A DNA stretch of 63,243 bases, filler included, from Reclinomonas americana ATCC 50394 (taxonomy: Eukaryota), in the NCBI GenBank assembly GCA_048213135.1. It is 2 parts of one record of this genome, joined end to end, with 100 filler letters (N's around TTAATTAATTAA, not from the genome) between each part and the next. Parts side by side here need not be neighbours in the genome. Positions count along the whole stretch, not along the records: positions 31,736 to 63,243 come from PS015306.1; 1 more part is not named here. One strand, 5' to 3'. The translations under genes and the position numbers were made by a program. Of the stretch, positions 56,360 through 63,243 are shown in pieces (position 1 is the first letter of the stretch; the number at the start of each line of letters is the position of its first letter). Below the pieces are notes generated by a model that saw only the letters and a program-made list of their open reading frames with translations, was not told the DNA's origin and searched no databases.

Positions 56360-59300
56360 ATGTGTGCCTCCCCGTTGCCGCCGCCGCTGACGGCCTTCCC
56401 GGCTGTGCGACGCGCCAGCAGCCGCCGCGCCAGCGCCATCCACAACCGTCTGTGCGAGATCTTTCGACAGCCTCGCGCGCCACTCAGTCCGCGACACTCG
56501 CCAGCCAGCGGCGACTCCTCCGACTCGCACGCAGCAGGCACGCCTTTCCTTCTGCGGCATCGACCGCGATCACAACACGACGATGATGACTACGATGAGG
56601 CGACCTCCACTGCCTCCGCCTGGTCTCCACAGTCGCCTCTGACGCCGCCAACAGCCGCAGCCGATGCCGCTACACTGTTGATGAACTCGCACCAGCAGCA
56701 GCAGCAGCAGCGCAAAACATTGTCGCCAGTGGAACTGGATGTCGATCAAGACGATGATGATGGTGATGATGACGATGATGATGAAGATGTGGCATCGTCA
56801 GTGTCGGAGGATGATCAGGATGAGCGCGATGTGCCTCCGCCACCCCCGCCATGGCCCAAGGCACTGGAGGCATTGGCCGGCGTGACTCCACCTCCGCGTC
56901 GTCTGCTGGTCTCCCGCGAGGCGCCTCTTCTATCACCTCCATTGTCGTCGTCTTCCTCGTCGTCGTCACCGTTGGTGTGGACTCCACGGTTGTTGATGGC
57001 CGGTAATGTGGCTGTACATGTGCCGTCGAGGTCCTTGTCCAGCGCGACAGGCCCGCTGGCGCTTGCACAGTTGCCGGTAGAACCGCCACCAGTGCCCCCG
57101 CAGTGGTCGCCGCCGTCGGTGCGCCCGCAGCTGAACACCACGCTGCTTGTGCCGCCACCATCACAACAACACCAACAAGAGCAGCAGTCGGCGGCGGCGC
57201 CGTCGCTGCTTGTTCCTACAGGAGCTCCATCGCGGTTCCCGTTGCCCGTCATGAGCTCCGCCGCTCCTTCGACGTTCATCGACGATGTGCCGCTGCTGGT
57301 GCGCGCCTCGAGCTCTCCATTGTTGGTTTTTGATGAGGTTTGCCTCTGACACGCACCGCTCACTCTCTTTCCCGTTCCCGCAGGTGTCGGCTCAAGTACC
57401 GCAAAGGAACTTTACTCCGGTGAACTGGCTGACGCTTCCACTTGCTGTGTGGCTGCGTATCATTGAATTCCAGACACTGTCACCCGGCGACGCGCTGGTT
57501 CGATTCAGCTGCGTCTCGCACCGCTGGTACCAGTTCTGGAGTCGACCCGTGGTGTGGCGACGCATTCCGGTATTCCCCGGCACGAAACGCGTACGAGAGC
57601 TCACGGAGCACTCGGCACGCGAGACCTACCTGACTCTGCGAGAGCGGTGCGTATACACCATCAGTCGCCAGCATGGCACGCAGGCCCTTTTTTTTTTTAC
57701 CTCGTTGTTTTCGCATTCAGGCACTACGTGGCCTCCAGTCCGTGTGTCGCCAGCGTGCTCACGTGCTGCAGTGCACGTTTGATAATGTCGTCGCTGATGA
57801 ACCACGCCATCCCGTTCATGGTCCTGCTGTGGACAGTTGGCTGCGTCATCAACTCTATCCGCCCACTGCTGCCGTGGTCGATAGTGTTCATCCCACTCGA
57901 TGTTGCCGCGGCGTTGTGGTGAGTGCACAATCTCCACTTCTCTCCCCGTGCCCGCATTGACCCTGAGTTTGTTTGTCGTCTGTGTAGCTGCTGGTCGAGC
58001 CTGTGGAGATGGGTTGTGCACACGTTCCCCAGCTGGTCCAATTCGTGGCTCTCCTGGTTGCTGCTGCAACATTCCATGTTCGACAATCGTTTTCTCCGGG
58101 GACGGCTCATGAGTTTTGCCGACCTGTTTGTTGCGTTCACATGGATGTCACGCACCACACACAGCTGTCGCTCATCGTAACCGGCCGACGCAGCTCTTTG
58201 ACGGGTTCGAGAACCAGAGCTACTCACTCACCAACATGATCTTCAGCGGCGCCTTCTTGGCCACTTCGCTCGGCTTCACCGCACACCTGTCGGACAGCAG
58301 TTTTCCCACCAAGCTGTCGGCGTGGCTCTATGTCTTCGTGCCGTACTATATTTGTTACGCCTGCCTGCTGGTGGTGGTGGTTCGAAGCCACCTGCGCACC
58401 ATGCGATTCCTCGATTACATTCGCGAGTATGCGACGGCGGCACTCGTGCGGCGAAGGGAGTCGCGCTTTGTCTTGCGGACAGCACGGCGCAACAGCAGTG
58501 CTCGCTTGCCCTCCGTGCGGGACATTGAGATGGGCCAGCTGGGTCGTCCAGGTGCACAAGACGTCGGCTAGCTGTCACATGGCAGATGAACATTCTGATC
58601 CATTCGTTTTTCTTCTGTGCTGCAGTGTCGGCAAGCCAGATTGCTCTGCTGCAACCCGACGACGACGACGACGACGGTGCGCGACCGCGGTTACCGGTGG
58701 TCATCATGCCACCTGCACCACAAGTGACCGACGCCGATCCACTTGTCGACACGGACGCCGTGTTCCCTGTGTGGGCACCCACTGGCCGCTGGCGGATACT
58801 GACGGCCGCCGATGTGCTCGCCAAGCATGCCTCCAAGTTCTCCAACGTCGCCAAGGCCATGTCCGTCTACCGACTGCTGTTTGTCGTCACGGTTTCCGTG
58901 CCAGTGGTAGTGTTCCCGCTGTGGATCGGAGCGCTGGTGCCGTCCACTTCGTGGCTCGGTCAAGCGTTGCGTTTCCGGCAATGTGTGCTCGTGGGTCTCG
59001 CATGCTGTCTTCTTACTGCTCGAGATCGACAGTTTGGTGTCGGCTCCGCTCACTGTTTCCTGGGTGTTTCTGTTCATGGTCGCCGTGGTTGCCAGTCGTT
59101 TCGATGATGTGCGTTGACGCAGGGAGGGTCATCGGAGTCGCGCAGTGCTGACTGTGAGGTGTCTGCAGCTGGTGTTGCAGACGTATCGTGCGAGTGAGTG
59201 GCGACTGTCGCGACTGCGATTGCGACTCACCGGCGCCGCCATTGCGTCGTGCTTCTGCGCGTCGTTCGTACTCAACTTTTACATTCATCTCTGGCCAGTC

Positions 59301-59515
59301 CTTGGTGCGCCTGTCCTCTAAGCAGCGAATCCTCCATCTTTCATGCGCTGAACCATATTCTCCCCCCTCAATGCACAGCCTTCCAAGGGTGGATCGTAAT
59401 GTCGCCGTTCTTGGTGATTCCGGGCATCGTGGCGGCCAGTTACGCCCTCGGCAACTGTTTGCGCATCCTCGCTTTCGGTAGTTGGAGTGTCGTGCTGAGC
59501 TTGGCACTTAGTTAG
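56360..59515 (+). CDS. F-box protein with multi-pass TMEM185/FAM11-like membrane region
   Basis: Low-complexity N-terminus; F-box-like LTLPLAVWLRIIEF..LVRFSCVSHRW..VVWRRI; repeated W-x-x-V-F-x-P motifs (PWSIVFIPL, AWLYVFVPY, VVFPLWI, WIVMSPFL); ends approximate. Confidence 0.6.
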
Positions 59516-59745
59516 GTGTGTTATCTCTCTCTCTCTCTCTCCTCCCCTCTATTCCGTGTGTACCATGTTATCACTTGTTGTTTGTGTGCGTGTTTAATAA
59601 TGCAATGTAAAATCTAAACAATTCAAGACGAGTGTCAGCGGAGGGCCTTGTTCACTTTCGCGCTCTCTCTAGATACTGCACAAGCGATCTGACGACTCAA
59701 ACAAACAAACAGACAAACACGCACACCGGACGGCAGAGATCATCG

Positions 59746-61429
59746 TCATTCGTCGCCGGCCACCGCAGCAAACATGCGCTTGTACATGCCCTTCTCCCGC
59801 TGGTGGTACTCGGCCTCGGTGCGGTTGAGTAGTTGCAGGCCGGCCAGCAGCGAAGCATCGCCTGGGTTGTGGGCCAGGGCCTGCTCGTAGTCCTGGCGCG
59901 ACTTGGCGTACTCAGTCAACGACATGTACGCCTGTGCGCGGCGGTAGAGGGCCTTTGGGTTGTTGGCCGACAGCTCCAGCGACTTGGTGCACTTGTCGAC
60001 CGCGTCGCGGAAGCGGCCGAGCTTCAGCAAGCTTGCCGCCTGATTCAGGTTCAGCACGGCGTTGAGAGAGTTGGAGCGCTCGCGCTCGCTATCCGACATG
60101 CCGTACAGGTACTCGAGGAACTTGGCGGCCGCCTCGTAGGCCTTGAGCGAGCCGTCCCAGTTGCCGGCCTTGAACAGGTCGTTGCCCTCCTCCTTCTTTG
60201 CCGCCGCCTTCTCCACCTTCTCCTCGAACGACATTTCCCACGGCTGACGCTCGCGCTCCTTGACCTCCAGCAGCTCCACGTCTGCAGAGTTTATCATTGT
60301 GAGAGAAACCCCCGATAAAGGGGACAACTCGCATCTCACCAAACACCAGCGTCGCGCCACCGGCGATCTTTGGTGGCGAGCCGCGCTCGCCGTACGCGTA
60401 CTTGGCCTCGCACGTGAGCACCGCATGCTCTCCCACGCGCATGGTCGCCACTGCCGACCCCAAGTCAGCAAGAGATTGGGGACACAATACGCTCTGCTGC
60501 GACAACGAAAGCACTCACCGCCTTGATCCCACGCCTTGATGACCTCGCTGCGGCCGATGGTAAACTCAAACGGATCACCCCGGTCGCGTGACGAGTCAAA
60601 CTTGTCGCCGTTGCTCGCCAGTGTGCCCGTGTAGTGCACCCTGCAAGACCGCGCTCATCATCAGCACAGCGGGAAGAAAAACAACGAGACAAGAGACAAG
60701 AGACAAACGCAACACCACACGCTGGCCCTTGCGCGGGTACGCGCCATCGCCCAGACGCAAGATCTTCTTCTTCACACCGCCATCGCCCGAGATGTCAATC
60801 TCGTCGCCCTCCTTGGCGTTCTGCACACGAGCACCACACTCTTCATCATCACAGCTCATCTTATCATCATCGCTCCCATCCACATTGTCACCAAGTGGGC
60901 GACGATGATGATGATGNNNNNNNNNNNNNNNNNNNNNNNNNNNNNNNNNNNNNNNNNNNNNNNNNNNNNNNNNNNNNNNNNNNNNNNNNNNNNNNNNNNN
61001 NNNNNNNNNNNNNNNNNNNNNNNNNNNNNNNNNNATGATCACTGCATGCATGTGCACTGCCCTTGTGATGATGACGCAAGCGATCCTCTGACAATGACTT
61101 GTCATCGTCATCATCATCACATTGCTGACGCAATCAACCACGCCGCACACACACAGCCAACACACAAACAGTGAGAACCTCACTCATCTCACTCATGTGC
61201 CTGCCTGTCTCTCTACACACACACTCTCTCCCTCTCCATTGCTCAACTCTGTGGATTCCGATGCTCACCTTGACCTCTGCAGACATCTCCTCGTCCTCCT
61301 CAGAGTCGCTGGATGACTCACCCTCGTGCAAGTCAGCAGGGATGTGCTGCACGAATGCACACATGTGCGTGTCAGTCACCAGAGAGAAATGCACTGAATT
61401 CAGTGTGTGGGCACCTTGTCGACATCCAT
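59746..61429 (-). CDS. FKBP-type peptidyl-prolyl isomerase with TPR repeats (Hsp90 co-chaperone immunophilin)
   Basis: [79 protein letters not shown]; acidic N-terminal exons; start uncertain. Confidence 0.92.
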
Positions 61430-62053
61430 TGCCACATCAGACTCGNNNNNNNNNNNNNNNNNNNNNNNNNNNNNNNNNNNNNNNNNNNNNNNNNNNNNNN
61501 NNNNNNNNNNNNNNNNNNNNNNNNNNNNNNNNNNNNNNNNNNNNNNNNNNNNNNNNNNNNNNNNNNNNNNNNNNNNNNNNNNNNNNNNNNNNNNNNNNNN
61601 NNNNNNNNNNNNNNNNNNNNNNNNNNNNNNNNNNNNNNNNNNNNNNNNNNNNNNNNNNNNNNNNNNNNNNNNNNNNNNNNNNNNNNNNNNNNNNNNNNNN
61701 NNNNNNNNNNNNNNNNNNNNNNNNNNNNNNNNNNNNNNNNNNNNNNNNNNNNNNNNNNNNNNNNNNNNNNNNNNNNNNNNNNNNNNNNNNNNNNNNNNNN
61801 NNNNNNNNNNNNNNNNNNNNNNNNNNNNNNNNNNNNNNNNNNNNNNNNNNNNNNNNNNNNNNNNNNNNNNNNNNNNNNNNNNNNNNNNNNNNNNNNNNNN
61901 NNNNNNNNNNNNNNNNNNNNNNNNNNNNNNNNNNNNNNNNNNCTGGCTGTCACAGACGTGGTCGTCACACGGTCGCTCATTGTTGTCTTTCCTGGTCTCT
62001 ACACAAAACACGAAAAAACGAAATCGAGTGGAGGACAAGACAGACGACGACGT

Positions 62054-63243
62054 TCACTTCATGTCGGCGTCGTGTGCACCGGAACCGGAGGCCTCGTCGG
62101 CCGGGACACCTGGATCTGCGCCGGCCGGTTGAGGCACGCCACCGGAGAGGTGCAGCTGGCGCTCGGCAAACACAATCTCGCGGCGGATTTCGGCCGAGAT
62201 TTGCGGATGAGGGTGGGCGCGCACCACGTCCTTCAGCACCTCGAGGTGCTCCTCGCCCAGTGTCAGCTTGTACCGCTGGATAAATGTCAGCAGAGCCTGG
62301 TGCCACAGCACCGGCAGAGGTCGCGAGTCGCCAATGAAGCGCGCAAAGTGCTGCACCACGCCGTGAATCACGCGCAGCGGCAGCGCGTATTTCTTATTCA
62401 GCAACACTCGCAGCACGAGGCTGTTGGCTCCAGAGTAGTCCATTTCCGCTGCAATGATGGACACTTCGTGTGAGCTGCAAGTTTCTGCGCATCGCAGTCA
62501 ATGACGACGACNNNNNNNNNNNNNNNNNNNNNNNNNNNNNNNNNNNNNNNNNNNNNNNNNNNNNNNNNNNNNNNNNNNNNNNNNNNNNNNNNNNNNNNNN
62601 NNNNNNNNNNNNNNNNNNNNNNNNNNNNNNNNNNNNNNNNNNNNNNNNNNNNNNNNNNNNNNNNNNNNNNNNNNNNNNNNNNNNNNNNNNNNNNNNNNNN
62701 NNNNNNNNNNNNNNNNNNNNNTCACCGATTTTGAGAATCGCGGCACTGGAGTGAATGACCGGAATGGAGACCTTGGAGAGCACAGAGCCGACGATAATGG
62801 CCTCACGCAGCGTACATGTGCCACTCTCGCACAGCGGAATCACGAATCCCTTGTAGAAGGCGCCGGGCTTGTACAGGGCACGCTTCATCGCGTTGTAGAG
62901 ATGATAGTTGGCCTTCTTGTTCTCGCGAATATCCTCACGCACTGCCGGCAGCAGAATCAGGCTGAAGAAGCGCTGCGCCATCTTGGCGTTGAGACCGGAG
63001 GCGAACAGCACTGCAGCCTGCATCACCATGGGTCAGCCACGGCGTGGAACGCACGTGTGGAATGAGGGGGCAACAGACCTTGAAGTGTGCCTGTGGTGAC
63101 CAGTGCTCCGGCTGCGTCAGGTACAAGATCTCCTCCCAGTTCGACAGCGACGGCAGGATCTTGAAGGCCTTGGGCAGCTTGCCAGAGCGGTACTTGTGCA
63201 GGATTTCTCCCACGCTGGCACCAGACGATAAGCGAGGCGACAG
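62054..63243 (-). CDS. BYSL: Bystin/Enp1 40S biogenesis factor, 5'-truncated
   Basis: [77 protein letters not shown]. Confidence 0.95.

Overview
Eukaryotic (protist-like) genomic DNA: GC-rich, gene-dense, with many short (~55-120 nt) spliceosomal introns, CA/GA microsatellites and N-gaps. Hand-spliced gene models in order: a CANT1/apyrase 5' fragment; two tandem secreted M36 (fungalysin-type) metalloproteases with PA and EGF-like modules; an AAC4-like protein; phospholipase B-like; a claudin-like 4TM protein fused to a calflagin-like EF-hand domain; proteasome Rpn5/PSMD12 with a tRNA-Arg(UCU) inside its last intron; a universal stress protein; TMEM19; a kinase fragment; an EFCAB9-like protein; three tandem 7TM-RGS genes; LSM4; a 4TM protein; an OTU2-like N-terminal coiled-coil protein; an ABCC transporter; an F-box/TMEM185-like membrane protein; an FKBP-TPR immunophilin; bystin. 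The strongest unexplained signal is in splicing: about 30 introns across unrelated genes use an atypical donor GTTGCG(T), i.e. the local GTGCGT consensus shifted by one base, usually after a non-G exon end. Three small contigs look mis-oriented and a six-frame-stop linker sits at 31680, so local synteny needs caution. All family calls come from recalled motifs; no database search was run, and gene ends are approximate where stated.
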